This document shows, in pieces, positions 50,001-61,982 of a stretch of DNA of 64,000 nucleotides. The stretch lies in the NCBI GenBank assembly GCA_010093995.1, contig ML992507.1, positions 488,673 through 552,672 on the forward strand. Direction: 5' to 3'. Source of the stretch: Elsinoe ampelina. Taxonomy: Eukaryota. A model generated the notes under the pieces. The model was given only the letters and a program-made list of their open reading frames with translations, searched no databases and had not been told where the DNA came from. The translations under genes were made by a program, and so were the position numbers. Each line of letters opens with the position of its first letter. Positions within the stretch are counted from its first letter, which is position 1.

Positions 50001-50396
50001 GTTTGCCAGGTGAGGGGCAATTCAAGCTTGCCACAACCTTCTGGGAACTGTCGTAGATGAAGGGTGACGCTGCTCTCCTGTCAAATCTTTTGGTCGGATA
50101 TCGCAGGATACTCGGGGCTGTATCTTGAGAGACACCCGGGACAATGCAATTGTATGATCAAAGGCACCGTAATGCGCCGACAATTGGAAGCAGCTCTTTG
50201 AGTAGGCGGAATGTAGTCCGCGGTTAATAGCGGCATTGCCCCGCCATGTGCCCCGACGTCTCGTCTGCGGGCGACGAGTTCGGCTTTGCACCCGACCGGA
50301 GCCGTGATCGAACAAAACCTTTGGTCCATTTAGGCATTTTATTGTCTTCGAACTCGTTTTGGATCCAGTATCAAAAGATTTCGAACAATTGCCAAC
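50001..50396. promoter_or_regulatory. Divergent fahA/hmgA promoter with clustered CGG/CCG triplets
   Basis: Head-to-head genes about 400 bp apart; ccgcggttaatagcgg and cggctttgcacccgaccggagccg. A Zn2Cys6 binding role is inferred. Confidence 0.5.
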
Positions 50397-51867
50397 ATGC
50401 CTGTCACAGACTTCTCGACGCCTGAAAAGTACAAGTACCAGAATGGCTTTGGCAGCTACCACGAGTAAGTGCATACCAGCTCGGCTCAAGATGGCGGGGC
50501 TGACCTCAAGCAGGACAGAAGCTGTCGAGGGTGCGCTTCCAATAGCCGCAAACTCGCCGCAGAAGCCGCCATATGGTCTCTATGCAGAGAAGCTCTCTGG
50601 CACAGCATTCACTGCTCCACGACACGAGAATTTGCAGACATGGCTTTACCGGATATTGCCAGCCTCAGCACACTCGCCGTTCGTTCCACGAGAGTCTAAT
50701 ACCTACAACACAAATCCAGAAGGCAATAAGCTTCACCAAATCCCCAATCAACTACGATGGGATCCCTTCGATCTGGATGAGACAGTGGATTGGGTCCATT
50801 CCCTCAAGCTCGTCGCCGGCGCTGGTGATCCCACCATGAAGACCGGACTGGGCATGTTCATCTTCGCCGCTGGCAAGGACATGGACCCTCATGAAGCCTT
50901 CTACTCCGCCGACGGCGACTTCCTCATCGTTCTCCAACACGGTGTCCTCGACATCCAGACAGAGCTCGGCCGCCTCCTCATCCGCCAGAACGAGATCTGC
51001 GTGATCCCTCGCGGCATCCGCTACCGCGTCACCCTCCCCTCCGGCCCCGTCAGAGGCTACATCCTCGAACTCTACCAGGGCCACCTCCAACTCCCCGAAC
51101 TCGGTCCCATCGGGTCCAACTGCCTCGCCAACGCCCGCGACTTCCAAGCCCCCGTCGCCTCCTTCGACGAAGACACCTCCACCCCGTGGACCCTGACCGC
51201 CAAATTCGCCGGCCACCTCCACTCCGCCAAGCAGAACCACACCCCCTTCGACGTCGTCGCCTGGCACGGCCTCTACTACCCCTACAAATACGACCTCGGC
51301 CGCTTCAACGCCATGGGCAGCGTCTCCTACGACCACCCGGACCCGAGCATCTACACCGTCCTCACCGCCCAATCCGACCACCCCGGCACCGCCGTCGCCG
51401 ACTTTGTCATCTTCCCCCCCCGCTGGCTGGTCGGCGAAGACACCTTCCGACCCCCCTGGTACCACCGCAACACAATGTCCGAATTCATGGGTTTGATATG
51501 CGGGCAATACGACGCAAAGACCGGCGGCGGCTTCCAGCCCGCCGGCGCATCCCTGCACAACGTCATGTCGGCCCACGGTCCCGACGCCGTGACGCACGAG
51601 AAGGCGAGTAACGCCGAGTTGAAGCCCATGAAGGTCGCCGAGGGGAGTATGGCGTTTATGTTTGAGAGTTGTCTGATGGTGGGCGTGACCGAGTGGGGGC
51701 TGAACAAGTGTAGGAAGGTGCAGGAGGATTATAACGCCGAGAGCTGGGAGCCGTTGAGGCCGCATTTTGTGCTGGGCAAGGGAAAGAGGATCAGTAATGC
51801 AGTGGAGACGAATGGGGTTGAGGGGGTGGTTGGGGACAAGGGGCAGGTGCCGCAGTGGACTTCTTAG
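50397..51867 (+). CDS. hmgA: Homogentisate 1,2-dioxygenase
   Basis: True start [23 protein letters not shown] at 50397, intron 50465-50513; [58 protein letters not shown]. Confidence 0.96.
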
Positions 51868-52053
51868 GGATGTGCTACGCGATATGAAATGGCTTTCTGT
51901 TGTGTATTCTGTTTTTCTTGCCTGTCTGTCGATTTGTGAACTGCTCTGCCTGTCTGGCTTTACCTGCTCAAGCATATCCGCGTCTGCCGTACATCCGCCT
52001 TATGCACCACGGTATCCTCTCCTGTTTCTGTCTCCTGTTTCGCTGGCTTTTGT

Positions 52054-52472
52054 CTAGAGCTTCGACTTCCCACCCTTGGCACCCAGATCGTTATCCGTAG
52101 GGTGACTATCACTCTTCTCCGCCTTCAATGACACCGGGTCGCCCAATGCGCTGGGGTTGGTCTTGAGCTTTTCCTCGGCTATCTGCTTGAGGGTCTTCTT
52201 GTTGCCGGACCTACAAGGTATCAGCTGCTGATGTCCTCAAGTATTGTCATACATCATTCCCAGATAGCTGCTCGGGTATTGGAGCGACATGAAGAATGGT
52301 ATGAAGGACGTACTGCTTGTTCGGCCTATCCTTGTCCGTGGGTTCGTTGTCGCTCTTCTCTGCTTTGAGGGAGACGGGGTCGCCGAGGGCGGTGGGGTTG
52401 GATTTGAGGTCTTTCTAGGTATCATCAGCAGAGGGCTCGTGCATGGAAAGAGGGCTCATTTACTGGTGCCAT
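52054..52472 (-). CDS. Small (about 88 aa) hydrophilic two-repeat protein with C-terminal SKL (PTS1)
   Basis: Exons 52472-52464, 52414-52314 and 52210-52054 joined at GT-AG sites give MAPKDLKSNPTALGDPVSLKAEKSDNEPTDKDRPNKQSGNKKTLKQIAEEKLKTNPSALGDPVSLKAEKSDSHPTDNDLGAKGGKSKL*. Confidence 0.8.
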
Positions 52473-52862
52473 TTTGCTGGATGTGATGGTGGTCCTCGGG
52501 ATTGACTTCAGGGATGCGGATGATCGATTGCGGGGCAATGTTGATGCTCAAGTCGTCGACAGAAGACGGCCGGTGAAGGATATTTCTGGTGTGGTGTATG
52601 AGGGCAAAGAGGAGATGAGCATGGCTGCATCAGACATTGTCCTGCACGTGTCCCGTTGCATTTTGTTCCTCGGCTCATTCTCAGATGCAGCTCGAGGTGA
52701 GGAAAGGTGACGGCATCGTGTCGATCTTCGATCTGGAATCCGATTGGGGACGTGCGCAGATCTGCAAGATCTCGGTGCGTGCGGGGGCAGGGACATGGGG
52801 ATGTTCCTGAGATTTGCATGTGATTATGCCATCTCTGATCTTAGACCTCGTATCTTTGTGCG

Positions 52863-54733
52863 TCAGCTCTCAGCAACTACATCGACTAACGCAGTAGTAT
52901 CCTCTGTCGTGTCGGTCGGGGCATCCGGGATGAGAAGGTCAGCTTCTTCCCCGGCACTTTCTGGGCTGACCACAACTTGACCCGATGCAAAGTCGAGGTT
53001 CGGCTCCTCGTCTGTATTGTAGCAGATCCCTTCCCAGCCCTCGCCTATCAGGCATGTCTCTCGACTGTCCAGGTCTGCGATGACCATGCCTTCAATGCTG
53101 ACTACGCCGACGCCGAGTGCTTGCACCTTCATCGATACTTCATAGCATGCTCCAGGCTGCATTGTTCCCAATCTAACCTCCGGATCAAGGGTGACAATCT
53201 CGGCTTTTTGTCCTGCTATTCGACTGTTTGATGTTCCGAGCTTCTTTGATTGTTTCGCACCTGAAATCTGGCTCTGTAGCTCACGCGAATCAGTGACAGC
53301 GCTTGCTATACTCTCTTTAACAGGTTGACCTTTAGCGGGCTTGCTGGCCCGGCTGACTACCCAAGAGCTTCGATTGGCTCCTTTGCTTGGGACAGGACTC
53401 GCTGGGCCAAGTATTGATAATCGTCTTTTACGTCCACCATTGTTGATCACGAAAAAGTGGATATTGAAGATGGTCCCGATTTTGATGTTGTTTGGCGCGT
53501 TGATGGTGATCTTCAAACCTTTCTTGGCGCCATCATGTGCATCTCTGGGTCCTGCGATACTGCTTGAAGGACGTGACGAGCCTTTTGGTACCGACCAGTA
53601 TTTGATTCGTTCTCGGGTTGGGACTTTGGCCCCGGCTGGAGCATTGAGGTTTCGCCGAATGACCAGATTGATTTTGGTGCCTTGAGATGCTGTCAACGAC
53701 GCAGTCAGTCGATATTGAGCAATGCTAGCGCCGGCTTGAGCCTGCGTCTGGAAGATGAACGTTGTCCGATCCCCAGGCTTGAGCGTTGCTGGCAGTGATG
53801 TTGTAGACAAAGCTTTTACTGTCGACGAGGGTAGCCTGGCTTCAGCCGCCTCGAGCTTGACTGCAGATCGTGCGTACATGGGCACCTGCGTATCCACGCT
53901 GAGGTAGACTTGGTCGGGAAAGAGCGTACGAGATGTTCTCAACAGCAGCGATGGAGCGATCGGATGTTGACCGGTAGCACCTCGAATCGGCTTGTTTTCT
54001 ACGGGTGGCGCAGCAGAGAAGGGTATTACTCTGTCTAGCCTCGAGGCCGAGAGATTGACGTCTTTACCTGCAAAAGCCGGTGAAGATAACAGCGGCGATA
54101 GGATATTGGCAGGTAGTGGTATACCAGAAGGCAGATAGTCGTCAAGTGGGTCTACTGCTGACTGCCTTGGAATGTCGAAATGCATGGAAGCCGCAAAGTA
54201 GATGCTAGGTCTGAAACTTTGGCGTTCTGGATGATGTAGATGCAGCTCGCCAGCAAAAATGGCGACGGACTCTTCCGTGCTGATGCTATGGACGTGGTTG
54301 GGCGTCGCTGCACTGTTAGAGAATGAGCCCAGTATGATCTTGATCGTCGGATCCTGTTTGGCGCCCGATGGATTCTGCTCTTGTTGTGGTGACAATGCTT
54401 GCAGATGAGCGGATACGGACAGGTGTGAATGTTGAAGGCATGACCTGAAAGACAGCTCTGATAGACGAGAACGAAATGTGATCACAACAGGAAGGATTTC
54501 ATCTGAGACTACTCAGCCAGATGTCCAGGAAGAGCATGTCGCAAAGCCTCTCATCAGTCTTTGTGACTTATCATGCACCAACCGTAAAAGTAGTGAGACC
54601 TTTGCGACTTGCGCAGCGTGTCAACGTCGTCGTAAGAAATGTTCTCAAGCTGCGCTGCCCCTTGCCCACCAGGCGTGATGATCTCAAGCTTTGAGCGGGC
54701 ATATTCGTCCCATTCAGCAGGCGACGGAGACAT
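52863..54733 (-). CDS. TRS65: TRAPPII-specific subunit Trs65-like
   Basis: ATG at 54733, intron 54503-54582 (QRSHYFY/DE); C-terminal GLKITINAP..IKIG..F...FFVIN and RLGTMQPGACYEVSMK...GVVSIEG..IADL. Confidence 0.72.
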
Positions 54734-55057
54734 GTCTTGTTCAGGTATCCACGTCAATTCTCTGTATTCGTACCATTTCGGACACGATCCGCTATGTCGA
54801 GAGATGAGGTTGTGATGGAAGAGCTTCTTTCCCCAAGATCAGATCAGCCTGCTCGGTATTTTCTCGGCAATTCGATCCCCGTGACGTCGGCTCGGTCTCT
54901 GCGTCCCGAGTCTCCGCGTTCACTTTGGACATGTTCAATTGGCGGAGCGCGTTTTTGGAGAGAAGACGGAGCTCGTCCCTGATTATCCTTCCACGACACC
55001 ACCTCTTAGTCAAGCTCTTCAAAAGCTCAGATTCCTGATCGCAAGCTCTCTGCGACT

Positions 55058-56653
55058 ATGGCAGTCCCACAGCATATAGCAATCGCTGAGACGATTCGGT
55101 CCATGAAGCTGGCACTCAAGCGCAAAGCAGACGGTCCGTTGCGACAGACAAAACTGAACAGCACAGCGAGTAGCTGACAAACCATCGCAGAATCAGACTC
55201 GGACGAAGAGATACGGCAGCACTCGAATAGAGGGAACAAGCTCAAGAGAAAGGCGCACAACGTCAGGGAAGGAAGACTCGATACTAGTGGTGGGCAGTCC
55301 TACCGTCGGGTGAGCAGCAACCGCAACCTATATAACAGGATCGAGCACTGATGGGCGTCTTGCAGCAAATCAATCATGCCGGCTACCAGCGCTATATAAT
55401 ACATGAGAATCCTATCCTTTACGATCACGATGGCGATGTGGTAGATCCGGATGATGACTACGACGAGGACAATACATCTCCCGTGGAGGACAACCCGTTT
55501 GAGGAGACGCTCCTCGAGAGTAAGCTGGACGACACAGTAATTCAATCTAGGGAGACTGAAATTCGCAGATATCCTCATGCCGCTCACTTCTCCAGCCGAG
55601 CTTGCAGACCACCCTGCTCTTTCTGCGCCCTACACAACAAGGCACATCACAGAAATGGCCGAAAATGCTCAAGAGATGCTGCACAGGGAGCGAGAGACCT
55701 TGGCTCAACTTAAAGCGCTACTGGAGACATTCCGCGGGGATGAGCGTTGGGTACCCTTGGAAGCCACGGAGACGGCTCATGATCCCCTCCTACTCGAAGG
55801 AGACGGTGTGGACCCATTTCATGAGGACAAATCGGTCAACCACTCTTTGACGACTCTGGACCCTTCAGCAGACGGTTCTGTAGACGGAATCTCCCCCATG
55901 GTAGGACACCACAGCAAGCTCAACGGCACAGGGAGCAACATGCTGGGGATCCAGATCCAAGCCAACACTGCAAACGGGGTGGAAGCAGTCGATATGGCGA
56001 GGGAGAAGAGTACAATAAAGACGAACGGCAACACTACAGGATCAACACAGAAGGACGCCGCCCCAACTAATGGTATACACAAGCCAGACCAAACCTCAGA
56101 AACGAATGGCGACGCCATGGACACCGACGACGTACTCAAGCAGACCAACGGCGACGACCCCCACAACCCTGACTTCGACCCTGACACCCAACCCTCCCAC
56201 GCCATGACGACCCGCGCCAAAGCCCGCACCCCGCCCCCAGACGAAGCCCCCCACTCCATCCTATCTGACACCTCCTCGCACGCCATCTCCGCCTTCTTCC
56301 TCCCCCCCACCAGCGCCCTCCCAGACCAAACCCTCGGCCTCCCCCTGTCCGAAGCCGACGAGACCAAACGCGCCCTCCTCCTCTACGTCCAAAAACAAGA
56401 AGAAGTAATCCGCGGCATCGAACAATTGCTCTTCGGCCTTCTCAAAGCCGACCGCATGCGCAAGGAGGTGATGAAGTGGTGCAAAGCGGACGGGCACGTG
56501 GGGGAGCTGAGCGATGGGGAAGATTGGTATGACAAGGACGAGTGGGGTCTGGTGGAGGACTTGGTCAAGGGGAAAGAGGAGGAGGAGGTCGAGGATGAAG
56601 GGAAGAGGAGGGGGAGGAGGAGGGAGGGCAAGGGGAGGAATACGGGCGCTTAG
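55058..56653 (+). CDS. RXT2: Rpd3L histone deacetylase complex subunit Rxt2-like (multi-exon)
   Basis: IAETIRSMKLALKR, SNRGNKLKRKA, PLTSPAELADHP, GHVGELSDGEDWYD, LVKGKEE; GT-AG introns upstream of the 55577 ORF. Confidence 0.85.
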
Positions 56654-56855
56654 TCGGCGATGAAGGGGAGAGGGAAGACGTCGGTGTCGTCTGCCGGGAG
56701 GTCACAGGGACGGAAGGGGAGGAGCAAGAGCAGATGCACGGACCAGAGCATGAGCATGAGCATGACTGTGACATTGTTCACAACAGGATAAATACCCTCG
56801 TCCCTAGCCACCCCCTGACTACCCAACCCACCCCCATCCTTCCTCCAACGATGCA

Positions 56856-59523
56856 TCACGTCGTCCCCATCCTCCCGACCAACTCCTTATAAATCCTCTT
56901 CATCTCCCCCAAATCCCCCCTCAACTCCAGCACCTCCTCCTCCCTCTCCCCCAGCATCTCAAGGCAAGCCTCGTACCTCTCCCCCAACCGCCCCATCTCG
57001 TTCTTCACCTGCTCCACCTCCCTCTCCACCCCCCGCCTCCCCTCCACCTCCCGCATCAACCTCACCATCTCGTCCCTCGCCTCGTCGCGCTGGGACTGCA
57101 GCCGCGCCATCTCGTCTTTGTGCGCGGCTTTTTCGGCTTCGAGCCGGCGGATGGACGAGGACATGCGTTCTACGAGTTGGACTGAAGGACCCGTGTGCAC
57201 GGTTGATGCGGAGATGACGTCGGCTGCTGTGCCGCGGGGGCTGCTGTGGCGGGAAAAGTCCTCGTCTGCGGCTTCGGTGGTGATGCTGGGGGTTGGGGGG
57301 AGGTCGGTCGGGGTGGGCAGAGGGGAGTGGGAGGTCGGGTAGGATGAGGTGCCGTTGAGTTGGGCGAGGGAGAGTTGGGAGTGTTTCCTCGAGATGGTCG
57401 TGGGGGACGGGAGATAGTCGCGGCTTAGGTCGGAGGGTAGGGCCGAGGGGCGGCGTGAGGAGTGGATGTGGTTGAGAGAGGTCGAGGAGTCGTTGGTGCG
57501 GCTGGGTTTACGGAAGGTGGTGGAGAGGATGGCGTCGGCTGCTGAGGTCTTGCGGATGGAATTAGGGGATGGTGTTCGTTTTGAGCGGCCGTGGGTGCTG
57601 ATGCTGTTGGAGGCACGACGGGATCGTTCTTCTTCAATGCGGGCAGAGAGTGAGGCTTCTAGTGTCTGTCGCTGCTGCTCAAAGTCCTGCCGAGCCTCCT
57701 CGAGGCTCTTCTCCGATGTGTCTAGGCGGGATTGAAGCTTCTGCACCAGTGCTTTTTGCTCGGCTAGCTCGTTGATCAGATTGGAGCTCTTGTCAGAGTC
57801 GGTGTCCCGCTCTTCTTCGAGTCGGCGGACCTTGACTCCCAGATCTCGAGCTTTCTTCCGCACATCTCCTTCCCGCTTGACGGTTTCGTCACGCTCCTTT
57901 TCTACAGCGGTCAATCGAGCATTCAGCGATCCCTCAATGGTCCGCCAATTCTCCGCGGCGAGCGAATACTGTGTCTGTAGTGTCTCAATCTGCCGGAGCA
58001 ACTTGGCTTGGCCATCGCCTGTCTGATCTGACGACGCTTCCTCAGCCCGCAGTCGGAGAGTCTCCATGCGTGCCTCCAAGTTCTGTGACTAGTCAGGAGT
58101 TGTAGTACCACTTCAATTGAAATCGACGTACGATGATCTCTGTCTGGTGCTCAAGCATTGAAGCCTGAGCACGATCCTTTTGCTGGTCAACTTCAGCCTT
58201 GAGTCTCTGGATCTCAGACTTCGTTCGATCCTCGACTAGCTTCTTCTCGATCTTTGCGTTGGACAACTCCTCCTCCAGGTCTCCTATTCGTCGTGTATCA
58301 GCAACTAGTGATGCTGCCTGAGACCCTGACTTCAGCCTTTCTAGCTTCTTTTCGGTGTCTTCAAGTCGCCTTTTTAGAGCTGTAATGGCATTCTCCTTGG
58401 ACGTAAGGTCGTACTTGAGAGAAGTGATCTGAGATTCAAGCTGTGAGGATTTCGCCGCCTTTGCTGCACTCTCCTTCTCCGACTGCTCTAGTCGGGCCAT
58501 TCGACCTTTCAGTACAGATTCAGCTTGTCTCAATCTGGATACCTCCTTCTTGAGCTCCGCAGAAACCTTGGTCTCAACCGACATTTGTGCGGTCAGCTTT
58601 CGAAGATTGGTGAGCTGCCGCATCTCAGTCTTGCTCAGCTTCTGGCCCTCCTCCATCAATAGGGCAATTTTCTCGTCCTTCTCGGCAAGCTTCTTCTCGA
58701 GACTGCCCTTGTCCGCTTGCGCGTTGGCCTCCTTGGCCGCAGCCACAGTCTCTTTTGCCAGATATTGCAGCTTGGATTGTAAAGCATCGATGCGCTCCAA
58801 CACAGTCTCCATATCTTCTTGCTTTTGCTTGTCCAATTCTTCCTGGTCTGCGCGCATCTGGACAAGTTCCGCCTCAAGCTCAGCAGTCGACTTCCTAGGC
58901 AAATCCAACTCCATACTGCTTTTAGACATGTCAAGCGCGAACGTCTCGTCTGCGAGATTGCTTGTGGCGGATGTGCTATCTTCGGAATGCCGAGCAGGGT
59001 TGATTGGTAGAGTGGAAGAGAGGAGAGTCTGCGGGACATCGTTAGGTGCGGTCGTTGCTTCAGTGTCTGCGTTTGATGCGACATCCTGCCTGAGCTCCGT
59101 CTCATCTGCACCAGAAACGACAGGCCTCGTTACTTCAATGGAAGGCCGAGAGTCGAGACTTGTCCGAGGACTCTCCAGATCCAGGCTCGAGCCAGCCTGC
59201 AGTCGCGGACTTGAGACCTCAGAGCCTGCTTGTGAAGCTGACTTGGACGCCAGGGCTTTTGCCAGCCGTTCTTGTAATCTATCATTTGGCTTGCTTCGTG
59301 AAGGACTTCGGGAGACACCTCGCGCCTGAACGTGAAGTGATGTATCCTGCTTCGTCTGTGCCGACGCTGCCTTCTCTTCCGCTTCTGCTTGTCTGCTTTT
59401 CGCTGAGGCTTCACTATCATCCGTCAAGATCGTATCGAGTCGCGACTCCAAGCCAGCTACTGCGCCTGAGAGTAAAGATCCCCATCGTGAGCCTTGCTTG
59501 GCCTTTTGCTGATTCGAGGTCAT
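56856..59523 (-). CDS. SGM1: TMF1/Sgm1 coiled-coil golgin
   Basis: WGSLLSGAVAGLESRLDTIL; KDEKIALLMEEGQKLS; GPSVQLVERMSSSIRRLE; RYEACLEMLGEREEEV. Intron 58083-58131. Confidence 0.9.
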
Positions 59524-60189
59524 TTCGGTGTGGCCGTATACATGCTGAGCAGCCTGGTTGAGCTGTAGCTAGTGGCTTCACAGCAGTCGCATCGCGGGAA
59601 AAGAAATTGCATCCATTGCAAGTGGACAGATTTCGCAAAATACCATGGCCCTGGACAAGACAAGGGCTCAAGGGCTCAAGGGCTCCAGCTCACGCACGAC
59701 AGATGTGTACGCGGCCGGCTCCACTTTCCCGTCTAGCCGGCCGCCGATTTGACACTTCGGCTAAACATCCCTGTAAGTGATCTTACCTCATTTCCGATTG
59801 CACCTTATATGAGGCACTTGGCGTCTGATATCTCACATCTACACAAGTGCTCTCTCTATCCAGATTGCCAACGAGTGGGCATGCTCTTGTCGTCTAAATA
59901 CTTGCTTCAGATACCTCAAGAGCCCATGGCTGTTTGACCACGTCAGAGCAACGTCTCACCTGTCTCGGCAGGAAGCGACCCGTGCAGTGACCACTACGAA
60001 GTACACCTTTCAACGATTTGCTAGGCAAGTCTCCAATATCAAACGGTATAGTCATCTTGTCGTACGTCACAGAGACGATCTCCTGTGGTTGTTTTCTCGC
60101 GGGGAACGATACAAATAATTGCTGCCCTTCCTCATCGAATTGCTCCTGCAATTTTAGTGAGCTGCTCTGCCAATTCCTGCTTCGCCACC

Positions 60190-61138
60190 ATGGTCCTCGC
60201 TGTAAGTAGCTGCTGGGACATTGGACGATGATTCACTAATATCTCCAGGCCGTAGGTCAGATCTGCTCGACTGCAAACATAAGCCACAACCTGGGTCAAT
60301 GCAGAACAATCATTCAGAAAGCAGTGACGGCGGGAGCCAAGGTGAGCTTCCATACGTCTGTGTCCCTCGCAAAGCATCTGACATGTCCATCCTACAGGTG
60401 CTCTTCCTACCCGAAGCATCTGACTATATCGGGTCGTCTCCGTCCGAGTCATTGTCCCTCTGCAAGCCTGTAACATCATCTCCCTTTGTGCTTGGTCTGC
60501 AAGAAGAAGCCAGTCGCCACCGCCTTCCAATCAACGTCGGTATCCATGAACCAGGCAACGACCCCAGAAAGCTCCGCAACACCCTCGTCCACATCTCAGA
60601 AGAAGGAAAGATCACCCAACGGTACCAGAAACTGCACTTGTTCGACATGAACAAGAGCGACGGCCCAAAGATGAAAGAAAGCGACTCCGCCGAACGAGGA
60701 TCCAGCATCGTCCCTCCCTTCGACTCACCCGTCGGCAAAATCGGTATGGCCATCTGCTTCGATCTCAGATTCCCAGAGATGGGCCTGGCTCTGAAACGAC
60801 AAAAGGCCGACATCATCTTGTACCCCGCCGCATTCGCTCTCGACACAGGCAAACTCCACTGGCACGCCCTGTTGAAAGCGCGAGCCATCGAGACACAATG
60901 CTACGTCATCGCTGCTGCACAGAACGGAGCTCACAACGAGAAGCGAAGCAGCTACGGCCACAGTATCGTCATCAGTCCTTGGGGTGAGGTTGTGAAGGAA
61001 CTATCTGGCTGTGAAGGCAAGGAGCGGGAAGCTGGAGAACCGGAGATCATGGTCGTTGACATTGACCATGATTACCTTTCAAGAATACGCACCGAGGTGC
61101 CTCTGATGAGAAGGACAGATGTGTACGCTGAAGTGTAG
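60190..61138 (+). CDS. NIT2: Carbon-nitrogen hydrolase, Nit1/yeast Nit2-type (deaminated glutathione amidase-like)
   Basis: Spliced start MVLA/AVGQICSTANI...GAK/VLFLPEASDYI; YQKLHLFD; ICFDLRFPE; ARAIETQCYVIAAAQ; SYGHS..ISPWG. Confidence 0.85.
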
Positions 61139-61982
61139 AAGCCGCGTGGCATAAATGCATGGGGGTGGACCTTGTTTTCGTCGGCGCAGAGTTCTTACCC
61201 GGAAGCATGAGTAGAGCAAGCCATTGATATTTGCAATGCATTTTCATTACCTCCAATCGCTTCCATCGCAGCTTCGGTCGATATCATTAAGGGAGGGCTC
61301 AGTCGTATCACTCGAACTCATTCTGTACTAGATTTTGACTGTACGTGTGTCCGAACGTAAGCAGAGCTGAGGCACATGTTCGCCGTCGAGTCGTACCAAG
61401 GTCGAGAGCGGAGGGTCTCATCGTCTGGTAGTATTCATCAGGTGTCGCACTCGGTCTCACTGCTTTATGTTTGCCGCTTTCTGGCACAAGGGAGACCAAA
61501 GCGGAGGCTGCAGGTGGGAGTCCGGTGATACAAAAAACATTCTGCATGATTGGCTCGATCAACACACATCCGGGGTGCTCGGATAATCTGGCCTGCCACG
61601 GTGTTCGCTCGAGCTAACATCAGAGACACATGGTAGTGCAGCTCGATAGTTCCGAGGGGAATCCGACGGCAAGGTGGAAGGCATGAGCTTGACGGATCCT
61701 ATGTACGTGTGATCTACTCATCGCTCGTTTCCCTTCCTAATCATGCTCATAAGCTTGGAAATCACAGGGGCGGTTCGAGTGCCCCTGTATATCGTCCCAC
61801 ACCAGGTACAAACGTGCACCCGCCGATGACCTTCCAGCCCTATACACGGCGTTTTGAGCGTCTCTCGAATCTTCTTGTCCGCCACGCCATGTGGCATTGC
61901 CCGTCCATTCTCATAGACCTGTCTGTCGTGGCCAATCTGCATGCGCTGAGACATGTTTGTCCGGTGCGAGGAAGCGACGGTC

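Noticed and set aside
50359..50513. ORF-track N-termini of hmgA (50359), Nit (60221), PPN1 (16750) and TRS65 (54485)
   Set aside because: They read through introns or upstream sequence; the spliced starts give family-typical N-termini.
59661..59686. (caagggct)x3 repeat in the SGM1/NIT divergent promoter
   Set aside because: Too short to assign a function.
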